DNA of 63,993 bases from an uncultured virus (IMG/VR IMGVR_UViG_3300046499_000512) (IMGVR_UViG_3300046499_000512), one strand, 5' to 3'; numbered from the stretch's first letter, positions 45,030-55,087 are shown. The notes: generated by a model from the sequence alone, not told the origin. Made by a program: numbers and translations.

Positions 45030-45626
45030 CTACGGAAGCGCGGCGGCTACCATTTCCTGGATCTTGACGTCGGCCGGGGCGCAGGTGCCTTCGAACTGGA
45101 AGGAGTACATGCGCTTCTCGTTGGCCCTGCGGAACGAGGTGTCCACGTTGGTGCCGACGACGCCCATCGGGATGAGGTACCGGCGCCAGAAGCCCTGAAC
45201 GTTGATGGTCTCCAGGCCGATCGCCCAGTAGTTCAGGTTGTCCTGGAGCGTCAGGGTCTGGTAGCCCGGGATGCCGGACGCTGCGGCGGTGGTGACGAGA
45301 CTGCCGCCGCCGTAGGCCCACAGGGCGTGCTGGAGGTTGTCCTCCGCGAGGTCGCCCGTGACCTGGTAGCTGTGGCTGTCGGCGATGACGAGAGCCGGGG
45401 TCGACTGCTCCTCGATGGAGATCGTCTTGGTGGACGTGCCGACCTGGAGCTTCCAGCCCTGGTCGGTGGCGCCGAGGTTCTGCCAGTTGCCGCCCCAGTC
45501 CGCGCCCTTGGTGACGGTGACCGCCGGTAACTGGGCCGGAATGAGGGCGTCGTACGGCTGGATCCAGGCACTCGCGACGCCGACGACGACGTTCTTCGGG
45601 TTTACTGCTCCGGGCGTAGTAATCAC
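45030..45626 (-). CDS. Major tail protein
   Basis: Position; WQNLGATDQG motif; one TTA. Confidence 0.85.
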   Translation of the reverse strand: MITTPGAVNPKNVVVGVASAWIQPYDALIPAQLPAVTVTKGADWGGNWQNLGATDQGWKLQVGTSTKTISIEEQSTPALVIADSHSYQVTGDLAEDNLQHALWAYGGGSLVTTAAASGIPGYQTLTLQDNLNYWAIGLETINVQGFWRRYLIPMGVVGTNVDTSFRRANEKRMYSFQFEGTCAPADVKIQEMVAAALP

Positions 45627-45763
45627 TTCCCTAAATAGCTCTCCCCGGCTACCCGGAAAAGAGTCGTTTTTCTGGTCCGTGTTGGTCGGCCTTACGCCCG
45701 GACCTTAAAAGCCTGCCAGTGGCAAGTATAAAGTCCTGAGTGATACTTGCCAACTGTCGGAAT

Positions 45764-46006
45764 TTACGGGGTTTCGCGGTACCTGATGCCGTACTTCAGG
45801 CACATCATGCGCACGACGTCCGCGTCCGCAGGCTTGTAGGCCGTGCCTCCCTGAACCAGGTCGGGGAGGCCGATGTTCCCCAGCTCGAACCGGGTGTTCG
45901 GCTGGTTCAGGTAGAGGTAGACCAGCGCCGCCGGGGCCGACTCCACTTCCGGGGTCGCCGCCTTCCGGACCGGAGCCTTTTCCGTAGGTGCCTTTTCGTC
46001 TGCCAT
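45764..46006 (-). CDS. Hypothetical virion-module protein, 80 aa
   Basis: RBS AAGGA. Confidence 0.65.
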   Translation of the reverse strand: MADEKAPTEKAPVRKAATPEVESAPAALVYLYLNQPNTRFELGNIGLPDLVQGGTAYKPADADVVRMMCLKYGIRYRETP

Positions 46007-46015
46007 GAGGAGTCC

Positions 46016-46456
46016 TTAGCTCTCGTAGATTCCGGATTCAGCTTCGACCACGTACATGGCCAGGAATGACGGCCGGTTGGCGTTGTCCAGAGGCTGCCCG
46101 GAGGGGCTGCCCTGCGGCGTGGAGCCGAACCGGGAGATGTAAATGACCTGCTCTCCGCCAATGATAGGGCGGCCAGCGTTCATTATCACCTTGTCGATAG
46201 CGCGGGCTATTTGCTCTGTCTCGGAAAAGACAGCATTCCAGGTAGCTGAATTGAGCCCCAGGCGTCCGATGGTCTTCACCTGGAAGACACGGGCCTCGAT
46301 GCACCCGTCGACCAGCATGCCGCCCCCGGGGACCGGGGTGACCACGAGATACTTCCGGGGTTCCGACGGCGGCCCCTGAGGGCCCTGGTAGATGACCGGA
46401 GGGTCATCGCCGAGGTCTTGCTCCCCCAGCCAGGTCATGAAGTCAGAAGTCAGCAT
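46016..46456 (-). CDS. Tail terminator-like protein
   Basis: Position before major tail; LDNANRP motif. Confidence 0.65.
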   Translation of the reverse strand: MLTSDFMTWLGEQDLGDDPPVIYQGPQGPPSEPRKYLVVTPVPGGGMLVDGCIEARVFQVKTIGRLGLNSATWNAVFSETEQIARAIDKVIMNAGRPIIGGEQVIYISRFGSTPQGSPSGQPLDNANRPSFLAMYVVEAESGIYES

Positions 46457-46901
46457 CGAAGATCCCCAGCGCCTTCAGTGCCTGCTTGGCCTTCAGCTCT
46501 TCCTCGGACAGGCGGTGAACGTTCGGCGCCCGGTGGTAGACCTGGTTGTCTCCGTCCATCACCTCGGGGGATCCGGAGGCGCGCAGGTCGTGGAACTCGC
46601 GCGGGGCCAGCTCGTAGTACTCCGAGTTGAGGTCTTCCATGCCTTCGGCCATCGCGTTGTTCATGGCGTCGCGGCCGTCCAGGACGGCGCCGGAGAGCTT
46701 GTGCAGGATGTCGGGGTTCTTGTTCAGCAGCGCCGAGGCCAGCGCCAGCGCGATACCGCCCCGGGGGTGATTGAAGTCCAGGCCCGTTTCCTGGTACTTG
46801 GCGTAGACCTGGTCGACGGTGAGAGACCCCGTCAGATCGGTCTCCGTGGCCGCCAGAAGCTCTTCCACCTTCTCGCCGAAGGAGCCGCCCATCACGACCA
46901 C
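46443..46901 (-). CDS. Neck / HK97 gp10-like protein
   Basis: VYAKYQE...HPRGG, AP...DLRASG. Confidence 0.6.
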   Translation of the reverse strand: MVVMGGSFGEKVEELLAATETDLTGSLTVDQVYAKYQETGLDFNHPRGGIALALASALLNKNPDILHKLSGAVLDGRDAMNNAMAEGMEDLNSEYYELAPREFHDLRASGSPEVMDGDNQVYHRAPNVHRLSEEELKAKQALKALGIFDADF

Positions 46902-47347
46902 CAGGTCCGGATCAGGTCGAAGTCCTCGGTGGAGAACAGTTGCCCGTCGTACTGGTTCACCACGGCCGGGTTGTCGGTGCGCTGCTGCGCGCCCGCGCCG
47001 GGCAGGGACAGCATGATCTCCCCGGTGCGGATCTTCTCCAGGGTGTTCATGGCGCTCTGGGCCTTCACCTGGACCGGGTGGGTGGGCTGGAGGGGAATGC
47101 TTCCCAGGTAGGTGATGGTGGCGTACGAGGCCGCCAGGTCCCGGGAGATCATGCGGACGATCGGCGGGATGGTGTCCGCGTCGATCGGCAGTGCGTAGCG
47201 GGCTGTCAGGTAGCCGTCGATCAGAGCGTCGGCTTCATCGATCTTGTCCTGGATGTCCCCGTCCGCCATGGATGCGGCGGACGTGGGGTCCAGCAGGCCG
47301 CCAGCGGCGAGGGCCGTACGGACGCTTACCAGTGTGGAATACGACAT
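46892..47347 (-). CDS. Head-tail adaptor (Mu gp36/DUF1320-like)
   Basis: ADALIDGYLTARYALP...LEKIRTGEIML. Confidence 0.8.
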   Translation of the reverse strand: MSYSTLVSVRTALAAGGLLDPTSAASMADGDIQDKIDEADALIDGYLTARYALPIDADTIPPIVRMISRDLAASYATITYLGSIPLQPTHPVQVKAQSAMNTLEKIRTGEIMLSLPGAGAQQRTDNPAVVNQYDGQLFSTEDFDLIRTWWS

Positions 47348-47371
47348 TACGGCCCTCCCCTCTCGCTGGTA

Positions 47372-47662
47372 CTACTCGGCGGACTTGGCCGGACGGCCCG
47401 GACGACGCGCAGGCGCCTTGGGCTCCTCCGGGACTTCCGGCTCCTTGGGCTCCTCCGGGACCTCCGGGGTCTCCGGAGCCTCCTCGGACTCGCCCGCGAC
47501 CACGATGACCCCCACGCCGTTGCGGACGTGGTACTCCGCCGTCGACTTGGGGAGATCGATCTCCTCGCCGGTCTGGATCGGAAGCAGGCTGACGCCCCGG
47601 TCCGGGTGGAAGATCGACGTGTTCGACCGGGTGACCCGGAAACGAACGTTCTCTTCTGCCAT
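47372..47662 (-). CDS. Hypothetical protein with PE/PK-rich tail
   Basis: RBS AAGGAG; follows capsid gene. Confidence 0.7.
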   Translation of the reverse strand: MAEENVRFRVTRSNTSIFHPDRGVSLLPIQTGEEIDLPKSTAEYHVRNGVGVIVVAGESEEAPETPEVPEEPKEPEVPEEPKAPARRPGRPAKSAE

Positions 47663-47722
47663 GACTGTCTGGACTCCTTCTCTGCTGGTTCGCCGTGCCG
47701 GGTTCGGACTGTCCGCTGTGGG

Positions 47723-48637
47723 CTAGATGCCCGTGATCACACGACCGGCCTTCGGCTGGTCAAGGAAGATCGCGCTCTGGCGGACGACGTTGCAGCGCCA
47801 CGTCTCGTTGGTGGAGTTGTGCTCCAGCGGCGTGACGTCCAGGGCGCGCTCGTCGGCGATGCCGCCGATGGTCTTGGCCTCCAGGAGGATCGCCGAGTTC
47901 GCCGGGACACGCCACGACTTGACGATCTTGAACTGGCCGAAGAGCAGGCCCGGCAGGGTCAGCTTGTCGGCGGACGCCGTACGGTCGGAGCCGACGAAGT
48001 ACTTGTTCATGTCCGAGTTCAGCGCCAGGTCCATCGCACGCGCGTGGTGCAGGATCAGCGTGTCGGGCTCGAAGCCGAACTTGGCGACGCCGGTCTGGTT
48101 GGTGGACTCCGCGTCGGCGAGCTGGATGGCCAGCATCGCGTTCGCCAGCGTGGAGCGGACGTCCGTCGCGGTCGCCCAGGCGGTACCCGAAGCGGTCGAC
48201 GCGAGACCGGCGATGGCGGACGTCAGGAACGCGTCCTCCCACGCCGCCTTCATCGAGTTCACGACCTGCGTGATGCTCGTGTTGACGCGGTCCATGTCGT
48301 TCCGGCGCCGCATCTCCTCGGTGAACTCGATACCGAAGGCGCGCTTGATGGTGCGCGCGGCCTTGCCGATGCCGAGGTTCGCCGTGATCAGCGGGATCTC
48401 GCCGCCTTCAGCGACCACCGAGGGGCCGCCGTTGGCGTAGAGCGGAGTGGACTCGTTGTACAGGACGACGCCGCTGGGAACGTCCTGCACCTTGCGTAAC
48501 ACCTGGTCGGTGATGAACTGCTGGTCGGCCAGGGCGAGAATCCGCTCCCTGATGACCGCAGGCCGCTTGAGCAGGGTGTTGACTGTGAGGCGGTAGCCGT
48601 CGTTGCTGGAAACGGTTCCGACCGTGGTCTGAGGCAT
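47723..48637 (-). CDS. Major capsid protein
   Basis: VAEGGEIP, PDTLILH; position after scaffold and decoration genes; TTA at codon 47. Confidence 0.85.
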   Translation of the reverse strand: MPQTTVGTVSSNDGYRLTVNTLLKRPAVIRERILALADQQFITDQVLRKVQDVPSGVVLYNESTPLYANGGPSVVAEGGEIPLITANLGIGKAARTIKRAFGIEFTEEMRRRNDMDRVNTSITQVVNSMKAAWEDAFLTSAIAGLASTASGTAWATATDVRSTLANAMLAIQLADAESTNQTGVAKFGFEPDTLILHHARAMDLALNSDMNKYFVGSDRTASADKLTLPGLLFGQFKIVKSWRVPANSAILLEAKTIGGIADERALDVTPLEHNSTNETWRCNVVRQSAIFLDQPKAGRVITGI

Positions 48638-48669
48638 GTCTCAGTCGCCTTTCTGGATTCTTCTCGGGA

Positions 48670-49131
48670 TCAGACGCCGAGACGGAGGTCGACCAGGCCG
48701 GTCGAACCGTTGGAGATCGCGGCCTGCGCGATGCCGATGATGGAGGCCGGGGAGTCCGTACCGGACACCCAGGGGACGACGGTGCCAGCGGCACCGGCCT
48801 TGAGGACGTCGAACGCCGCGATGGCGGAACCGGCCAGGAGGTTCCAGACACCCGCCTTGGAGACCGCGACGTAGTCCACGATCGTGGAGGTGTCGAAGGC
48901 CTTGCGGGTCACGCCGGTTCCGTACGTGATGTCGTTGTCCGGGACGGCCGTGCCGACCGCGTCGTCCGTGGCGACACCCGCGACCTTCAGGGAGGTCAGA
49001 CCGGCTTCCTGGACCTTGGTGGTGCTGGACTCGGTGACGAACTCAACCAGGCGTCCGGCGCGGATTGCACCGGAGCTGATGACCTGGAACGTCTGCGGGG
49101 ATCCGTGCTTGAAGACGGGGCTCACACCCAT
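48670..49131 (-). CDS. Capsid decoration/cement protein (DUF2190-like)
   Basis: GVATDDA...AIAAFDVLKAGAAGTV...IIGIA. Confidence 0.7.
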   Translation of the reverse strand: MGVSPVFKHGSPQTFQVISSGAIRAGRLVEFVTESSTTKVQEAGLTSLKVAGVATDDAVGTAVPDNDITYGTGVTRKAFDTSTIVDYVAVSKAGVWNLLAGSAIAAFDVLKAGAAGTVVPWVSGTDSPASIIGIAQAAISNGSTGLVDLRLGV

Positions 49132-49170
49132 GATCTATCTCCTTAGAGAGGTATCTGCCGGGAGCCCCGG

Positions 49171-50766
49171 TCAGTGACGGCCGTACTGCTCGCCCCAGAG
49201 CGAGGCGAGGTGCTTGTCTTCCTGAGCGGCCATGGCCTCACGGTCGTCGCTCTCCGGGGAGTAGCTGTGACCGCGTTCGCGGGCCAGGTCGATGTAGCCG
49301 GTAGCCGAGTCGAGTAGCTGCCGGACGATGGCGGAGGCGTCCACCGTTTCGATGCCGCCTACCTGGTTGGAGAACTCCAGCGTCGCGGCGGAGCCCGCGA
49401 TGAGGACGGGCCTGGCCAGGTCGACCAGCGCGGCGGGGACGCCCTTGCGGACGTACTCGGCCTTGAGCGTGGTGAACTGCTGGAGCGCCAGTTCGTGCTG
49501 GAGCAGCGCGACCTGGTTGGACAGGCTGACGATCTCGGGGCCTGCCTCGTTGGAGAGGCTGACCGATCCGGCGCCGACCAGTACCGGGGCGGGCTCGGTC
49601 TCCGCTTCGGCGGCGGCCTGTGCGGCGGCCTCCTCGGCGAGGGCCTCGGCCTCCACGGATCCCTCGGCGGCTTCGTCCTTCGCGCGGGCGGTCTCCCACA
49701 GCGCGGCGAAGTCTTCGTCGGTGAGGTCGTCCAGGTCGGCGTCGGTGCCGAGGGTGGGGTCTTCGGTTCCCAGCCCGCTGTTGAAGTCCCCGGTGCCCAG
49801 GCGTTCGACCAGTTCAGCGGTGGTCGGCTCGGCGTCGGCTTCGGCGGTGACCTCGGTCTCCTCCTCGGCGACAGCCTCGGTCTCACCCTCGGTGTCCTCG
49901 GCGGTGAGGCCCAGCTCTGCGGCCAGCGCCTCCAGCTCGTCGTCGGTGAGGTTCTCCACGGCCGCCTCGATGTCCTCCTCGGTGGGGAGGTCCATCTCAG
50001 CGTCGGTGTCCAGGTCCAGGAGACCGGGCTCGCCCGGCTCCTCGATCAGCTCGTCGGAGTCGTCGGCGTCGGCGGAGGCCTCGGGGGTCTCGTCCGGGAC
50101 GAAGGCGGAGGCGAAGATCGCCAGCTCCTCATCCGTCATGTCGAGGGCTTCGAGGTCTTCTACGGTCATGTCGGTAGCCTCGGCCACCTGCTGTAAATGG
50201 TCGGCACGTGTGGCCATGTGCTCCAACTCCTCGTATGAGGTCGCGGACAGGTCAATCACGTTTTCGACGGCCACTCCGTTGGACAGCGCCACCTCTTCCC
50301 AGGTGCCAAGTCCGGGAATGACCGGGTCCAACGTGCCCAGAACATGCTGAAGCGCCCGGGGGAATTGCTTCCCGTCCGAGCGCTGGTAGTTCTCAAGGAT
50401 CCGAGCGGACACGCCTAACTTGGGGTTCTGCTCCAGAACCTTGGCAGCCTCCGGGGTGACGGAAAAGATGCCGTACAGACCGTCGTCCCCGACTTCCACC
50501 TGCTTGATCTCGCCGCGAAAACGCTCGGGATCCAGGGTGTGGGAGTTGTTGTCCGGGGCCATCATGAACGCTACCTGGTCGTAGGCGCCGTCCTTGAAGG
50601 AGTTGGCCAGGTCAGCGAGGTAGGCAGCGTCGAAGGTGATCTTCCGGCCCCGGTAGTTGATCGTGGCCTTGGGAAGGATCCTTTTCCGGAACGTCTTGTT
50701 GGACAGCGCGACGGCGTCACCATCATCCTGAGGGGATAACAGTAATTCGCTCTCGACCATCCTCAT
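49171..50766 (-). CDS. Capsid maturation protease fused to acidic scaffold (probable internal start at 50217)
   Basis: H...GVSA...HVLGTLDP protease region; acidic C-terminal half; internal RBS GAGGAG before MATRAD; 4 TTA. Confidence 0.8.
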   Translation of the reverse strand: MRMVESELLLSPQDDGDAVALSNKTFRKRILPKATINYRGRKITFDAAYLADLANSFKDGAYDQVAFMMAPDNNSHTLDPERFRGEIKQVEVGDDGLYGIFSVTPEAAKVLEQNPKLGVSARILENYQRSDGKQFPRALQHVLGTLDPVIPGLGTWEEVALSNGVAVENVIDLSATSYEELEHMATRADHLQQVAEATDMTVEDLEALDMTDEELAIFASAFVPDETPEASADADDSDELIEEPGEPGLLDLDTDAEMDLPTEEDIEAAVENLTDDELEALAAELGLTAEDTEGETEAVAEEETEVTAEADAEPTTAELVERLGTGDFNSGLGTEDPTLGTDADLDDLTDEDFAALWETARAKDEAAEGSVEAEALAEEAAAQAAAEAETEPAPVLVGAGSVSLSNEAGPEIVSLSNQVALLQHELALQQFTTLKAEYVRKGVPAALVDLARPVLIAGSAATLEFSNQVGGIETVDASAIVRQLLDSATGYIDLARERGHSYSPESDDREAMAAQEDKHLASLWGEQYGRH

Positions 50767-50885
50767 ACCTCACTCTTGCCCATGAAACCGTGACTGCGCC
50801 TCATAGTATCTGATTAGTCCCGTTCTTTACTAGCATCCCTTTTCGATTCCGACAATAGATGAAATGTGTCGGCCTCCGAGACGGG

Positions 50886-52646
50886 TCACTTACGTTCGAG
50901 GGAAATCCAACTGCCTATGCCCAGCGTGGCCACCTGACCCGCCGTACCGCTGGCAAAAGTCAGCACGAGGTTTCCGGCGGTCGTGGACGTAACCAGCGTC
51001 CCGGAAAGGAGAGCGGTCTTGTTCGCCCCGGATCCCGACCAGGTATCTATGCCCGTGAGCGTCGCAATGCTGGTGCCCGTGGCGTCGCCCCAGACCATCG
51101 TTGCGCCGGACGGGCCGGTGAAGGAATGCGTGAAGCTGACACCCGACGGGCTCTGGATGACCAGGAAGCCTCGCATCAGGTACGTGGTCGAAGCCTCCAC
51201 GGCCAGCGTCAGATACGTGGAAGCCGTCTGCGTCACGGTGCTGTTGGTCTGTGCGGCGGTCGCGTTGGCAGGCAGGGCGTTCTGGACCACGCGGATGATG
51301 CCGTTGGCCTGCTTGACCTTCAGCATGTCGCCCTCGCAGTAGACGACCACCCCCGTGGTGGGGTTACCGGTCGGGGCTGTGGTGACGTTCTGTATCGCAA
51401 GAGCCCCGCCGTTGGACCCGCCGAAGTTCCCGGAAGACCCCAGGCGCAGGTTGAGCAACTGGCTGGTACCGGATCCGGTGAAAGTCGTACCAGACAAGGC
51501 GCCGGTCAGGGTGCCGCCGCCGATCGGCAGGTAGCGGGTGTCGACCGGGTCCCCCGGCGTACCGCCGCCCACGTTCCCCCGTGACACGGTGTTCGGTGCG
51601 TTGAGATCCATGGCGCCGACACTCAGGGTGCCCACCGTGACCAGCGTGTTGCCCTGGATGTTGTTGGTACCTGCGCCGCCGACGTTCTCTTCCCGGATGA
51701 GGGAGCGGGCCGCGCCGCTCGTCGCCGAGGACACCAGCGTGTTGCCCTGGACGGTGACGTTGACCGCGCCGCTTTCCAGGTGGATCCCCGAGACCGTTCC
51801 GGCGGTACCGGTCGCTCCCACGTTCAGGGCCGTGTTGCCTATGATCGTGTGATTGGCGCCGGTGACGAAAATGTTGTCCCCGCCGACACTGTCGAACGTG
51901 CAATGGGAGACGGTGCTGCTCGCAACGGCCTGGATCCGCACGCCCTTGGTGCTGTTGGTCGCCCCGCCCAGGAAGGTACAGCCCAGAATGAGCTGCGCCC
52001 CGGCAAGGTCCAGGATGCCCACGGCGGTGGAGAAGGTCGTGCCCCCCGAGCCTCCGAGATATTCGAAGTCGCAGGCCAGGATCTGGTTCTCGTTGTTGGA
52101 GGACATGCTGATACCCCGGCCGGGGCCGGATGCGGACATGGACTGGTCGAAGACGCAGCCCACAACCTTGTTGCTGTAGCCGAACGCCCCGGCGGTCATC
52201 CCTCCGAGGTACAGCGCGTCGTCACGGCAGCCGGTGAAATGGATGTTGTCGAACCGGCTGAAGACCGCGCCGTTGGCGTAGACGCCTCCCGAGGACCCCA
52301 GAGATCCCTGCTGTGCGCAGTTCCCGTCGATGGTCATGTCCCGCATGGTGATCCGGGTGTCGGCACCGGTCATCTGGAAGACGTAACAGTTCTTGTTGGG
52401 CATGAGCTTGACCCGGCTGCCCAGCCCCGCGCCGAGGATGGTCAGACCCTCCCCGGCGGGAATCGTGATGGGCGCGCTCACGAGGTAGGTCCCGGCGGGC
52501 AGGAAAACGGAGGTGTGGGCGGAGGCCGCGTCGTTCACGGCAGCCTGGAGGGCCGCCCTGTCGTCGGCGACGCCGTTGCCGAGCGCACCGTAGGCCGGGC
52601 TCTTGACGTTGATACCGGCGTTCGCGGGACCTTCGAGCGTGAGCAT
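50886..52646 (-). CDS. Right-handed beta-helix (pectate lyase 3-like) protein, possible depolymerase or spike
   Basis: NVKSPAYGALGNGVADDRAALQAA...FLPAGTY; repeated GN ladders. Confidence 0.85.
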   Translation of the reverse strand: MLTLEGPANAGINVKSPAYGALGNGVADDRAALQAAVNDAASAHTSVFLPAGTYLVSAPITIPAGEGLTILGAGLGSRVKLMPNKNCYVFQMTGADTRITMRDMTIDGNCAQQGSLGSSGGVYANGAVFSRFDNIHFTGCRDDALYLGGMTAGAFGYSNKVVGCVFDQSMSASGPGRGISMSSNNENQILACDFEYLGGSGGTTFSTAVGILDLAGAQLILGCTFLGGATNSTKGVRIQAVASSTVSHCTFDSVGGDNIFVTGANHTIIGNTALNVGATGTAGTVSGIHLESGAVNVTVQGNTLVSSATSGAARSLIREENVGGAGTNNIQGNTLVTVGTLSVGAMDLNAPNTVSRGNVGGGTPGDPVDTRYLPIGGGTLTGALSGTTFTGSGTSQLLNLRLGSSGNFGGSNGGALAIQNVTTAPTGNPTTGVVVYCEGDMLKVKQANGIIRVVQNALPANATAAQTNSTVTQTASTYLTLAVEASTTYLMRGFLVIQSPSGVSFTHSFTGPSGATMVWGDATGTSIATLTGIDTWSGSGANKTALLSGTLVTSTTAGNLVLTFASGTAGQVATLGIGSWISLERK

Positions 52647-52648
52647 CG

Positions 52649-52693
52649 TCAGCCGCCCTGTCCGGTGTTGCGCCGGGATAAGTCGCTCTGCAT
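52649..52693 (-). CDS. 14-aa TTA-containing leader uORF (MQSDLSRRNTGQGG)
   Basis: AGGAG RBS 7 nt before ATG; TGA stop 2 nt before the main ATG at 52646. Confidence 0.5.
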   Translation of the reverse strand: MQSDLSRRNTGQGG

Positions 52694-52839
52694 CCAATTA
52701 CTCCTGATTCGTCAGCCAGCCTCCATGTTACGGGCTTGATCGCACGCCTGGAAGGCTTCACAGCCCTGGTTGCAGGGTCTGTTGCAGGGCTAGCAGGTGT
52801 AGGCGCTCGCAACGCTCGAATGCCTTCCACAGGGTGTTC

Positions 52840-53116
52840 CGAGGGCGGTTACCCCGTTTGGAAACATGGACGTGGCACCCGCCGTGCGCGTGTGCGTGGG
52901 TGTGCGCGCGCGTATAGGCGGAAATACAGGGGTAACCGGGGTAACCGGGTAACTATGCAGGTCAGATGGGTCGTGTGTGAGGTAACTCTAGGAGTAACTT
53001 TGGGGTAACTTGGTTACTTGAGGCAGTTTTCCAGTTTTTGATCTTGGAACGGTCCTCATGGTCACGTCAAGATTTTTCGTCGGTTACCCCGTCGGTTACC
53101 CCCTCAGGGGTAACCC
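52840..53116. repeat. Putative replication origin 2 (GGTAAC iterons)
   Basis: CGCGCGTA 52907-14; GGTAAC at 52931, 52940, 52948, 52981, (AGTAAC) 52993, 53004, 53109; inverted copies at about 52848, 53013, 53083, 53095; central GCAGGTCAGA box. Confidence 0.75.
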
Positions 53117-53217
53117 TGGACACGGCATGATCACGTGTTAGGGTGTGCTCTCACAACGCAAGAACCCCCCGACCGGTCGGCACCAGTCGAGGGGTTGATC
53201 GAGAGGTCTAGCTCTCT

Positions 53218-55038
53218 ATGCCCGACAATATCTCCCCTCCCAAGTCGGTGGCAACCTTGACCGCCTCCACCCCCGTAACGCACGCCACGCTCGACACGGG
53301 CTGGCTGATGACCAAGAACGGCGTCATCCACGTCATCACGCGGGGACGCGACCCGCAGGATTCCTCCCAGTACATCCTGGATGAGGAGGCTTACGGCAAT
53401 TTCGACATTGTGGCCCTCGGCATCATCGCGGACGACAAGACCGAGCGCCGGGCCTGGGACGTCGTGATCAAGCGTCAGGACGACGGCAAGGAACTGCGCC
53501 GCATCCTGGACGAGAAGACCCTCGCGGACAGCAAGCGTCTGACGCTGTGGCTGACCTCGGCCGGAGTCTCCGTGATGTGCCCGGACGGTGCCCTCGGGGG
53601 CGGCGTGGCCCAGGGGGTCCGCCTGCTGCGCTACATCAACGCCCAGAAGCCCCCTGAGGCCACGATCGTGGACCAGGTGGGGTACCACCCCGACCTGAAC
53701 CTGTTCGTGTCCCACGACGGCGTCCTGCGGCCTGGAGACAGTAAGTTCGACGTCACCGCCCCCTACCGGCCCTCCGCGCAGCTCTCCACGTCGGGGGATG
53801 CCCCGTTCTCCTACGGTTTCGCCCCCAAGGGCCTGGAGGAGGTACGGGACGTCCTCTCCCAGGTGCTGACGTTCCATGACGAAACGCCCCTCGCGGTCGC
53901 GGCGTCCTGGATGGTCATGAGCCTGGTGCAGTCCGCGATCATCCGGCACACCTCGCACTTCCCCGTCCTCGCGGTCGAAGCCCCCTCGGGATCCGGCAAG
54001 ACCACGGGTGCGCTGTCGATGCTCCGTCAGGCCCTCACGGGCAACACGTCCGGCCCCTCACAGGCCACGCTCCCCGACCTGCGGCAGAAGATCGCCAGCA
54101 CGCGTTCCGGGTTCGTGCACGTCGATGACCTGGACGACCCCAAGACCGTCTTTGAGATGCTGCGGCTGTCGACGGCCGACGGGACGAAGATGATGCGCTC
54201 CCACGCCTCGGGGTTCACCGCCTCCCAGCACTCCCAGATGACCGGAACCGTGCTGCTGACCGGCGAACACCTGGGCCTGAAGGCGCAGAAGGCCCTGGCG
54301 GATCGTTTCATCTCCCTGGAGCTGACCGACCCGACCGATCGCAAGTCCCAGGTTCCGGGCCGGGAACACCTGTCCCAGTGGACCGACGTCACCGCGCTGA
54401 TGCGGCGCTACCCGGGCGCCAGCGGTCTGACCGCCGTCGCCGGAACCGTCGTCGCGGAGATCCTGCGCTGGCTCGATGACCTCGAAGCGCTGCTGGATGA
54501 GGTCAAGCCCTGCTCGGGGCGTCTCGGCGACAAGTACGCGACGGTCCTCGCGGGGGCCTGCTTCGTGGATCACCTGCTGGGGGACCAGAAAGCGTGGTCC
54601 AAGAAGGGTGCCACGTTCGAACGCGTCTCGGCCTGGGTGAAGGAAGACCTCAAGACCGCGAACGCGTGGGACAACGCGCTCACCTCGGAAGTCCTCGTGT
54701 GGGCCCTGCACGAGTACGGCGAGTGGTTCGGGGTCGCGCCGGACTCGTTCGAGCCGGTCAAGATCTCCGGGAAGACCTTCATCAACGCCCCGGCCTTCTA
54801 CAAGGAATTCGGCATGGAGGGGGAAGGGATCTTCATACACCCGCGCACCCTCGCGGACGCCTGGCGGGCTCACAAGGGCAACCAGTTCGAGGACCGCGTG
54901 CACTCGGCCGCCGCGATCGTCGCACAAGCCAAGGTGGCGGGGTTCCAGGAGAAGGTGATCAAGATCCTGAACAAGTCGGTGAAGGGCTGGGCCCTCACCG
55001 GGGACCGGGTCGGAATCATCCGCGACCGCGCCAGCTAG
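53218..55038 (+). CDS. Replicative helicase/initiator paralog 2 (DUF927/Cch-like P-loop NTPase)
   Basis: EAPSGSGKTT, VHVDDLD, ALADR; colinear with 6146-7963; promoter-like GTGTTAGGGT at 53135. Confidence 0.75.
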   Translation: MPDNISPPKSVATLTASTPVTHATLDTGWLMTKNGVIHVITRGRDPQDSSQYILDEEAYGNFDIVALGIIADDKTERRAWDVVIKRQDDGKELRRILDEKTLADSKRLTLWLTSAGVSVMCPDGALGGGVAQGVRLLRYINAQKPPEATIVDQVGYHPDLNLFVSHDGVLRPGDSKFDVTAPYRPSAQLSTSGDAPFSYGFAPKGLEEVRDVLSQVLTFHDETPLAVAASWMVMSLVQSAIIRHTSHFPVLAVEAPSGSGKTTGALSMLRQALTGNTSGPSQATLPDLRQKIASTRSGFVHVDDLDDPKTVFEMLRLSTADGTKMMRSHASGFTASQHSQMTGTVLLTGEHLGLKAQKALADRFISLELTDPTDRKSQVPGREHLSQWTDVTALMRRYPGASGLTAVAGTVVAEILRWLDDLEALLDEVKPCSGRLGDKYATVLAGACFVDHLLGDQKAWSKKGATFERVSAWVKEDLKTANAWDNALTSEVLVWALHEYGEWFGVAPDSFEPVKISGKTFINAPAFYKEFGMEGEGIFIHPRTLADAWRAHKGNQFEDRVHSAAAIVAQAKVAGFQEKVIKILNKSVKGWALTGDRVGIIRDRAS

Positions 55039-55052
55039 CCCCTTCCATACAG

Positions 55053-55087
55053 AAGCGCCCCCCGATCGCTGTGATCGGGGGGCGCTT
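55053..55087. terminator. Bidirectional terminator
   Basis: AAGCGCCCCCCGATC...GATCGGGGGGCGCTT. Confidence 0.75.

Noticed and set aside
45690..45720. Possible tRNA-Leu(UAA) around CTTAAAA
   Set aside because: No cloverleaf, T-arm or acceptor stem; no tRNA recognised anywhere in the window
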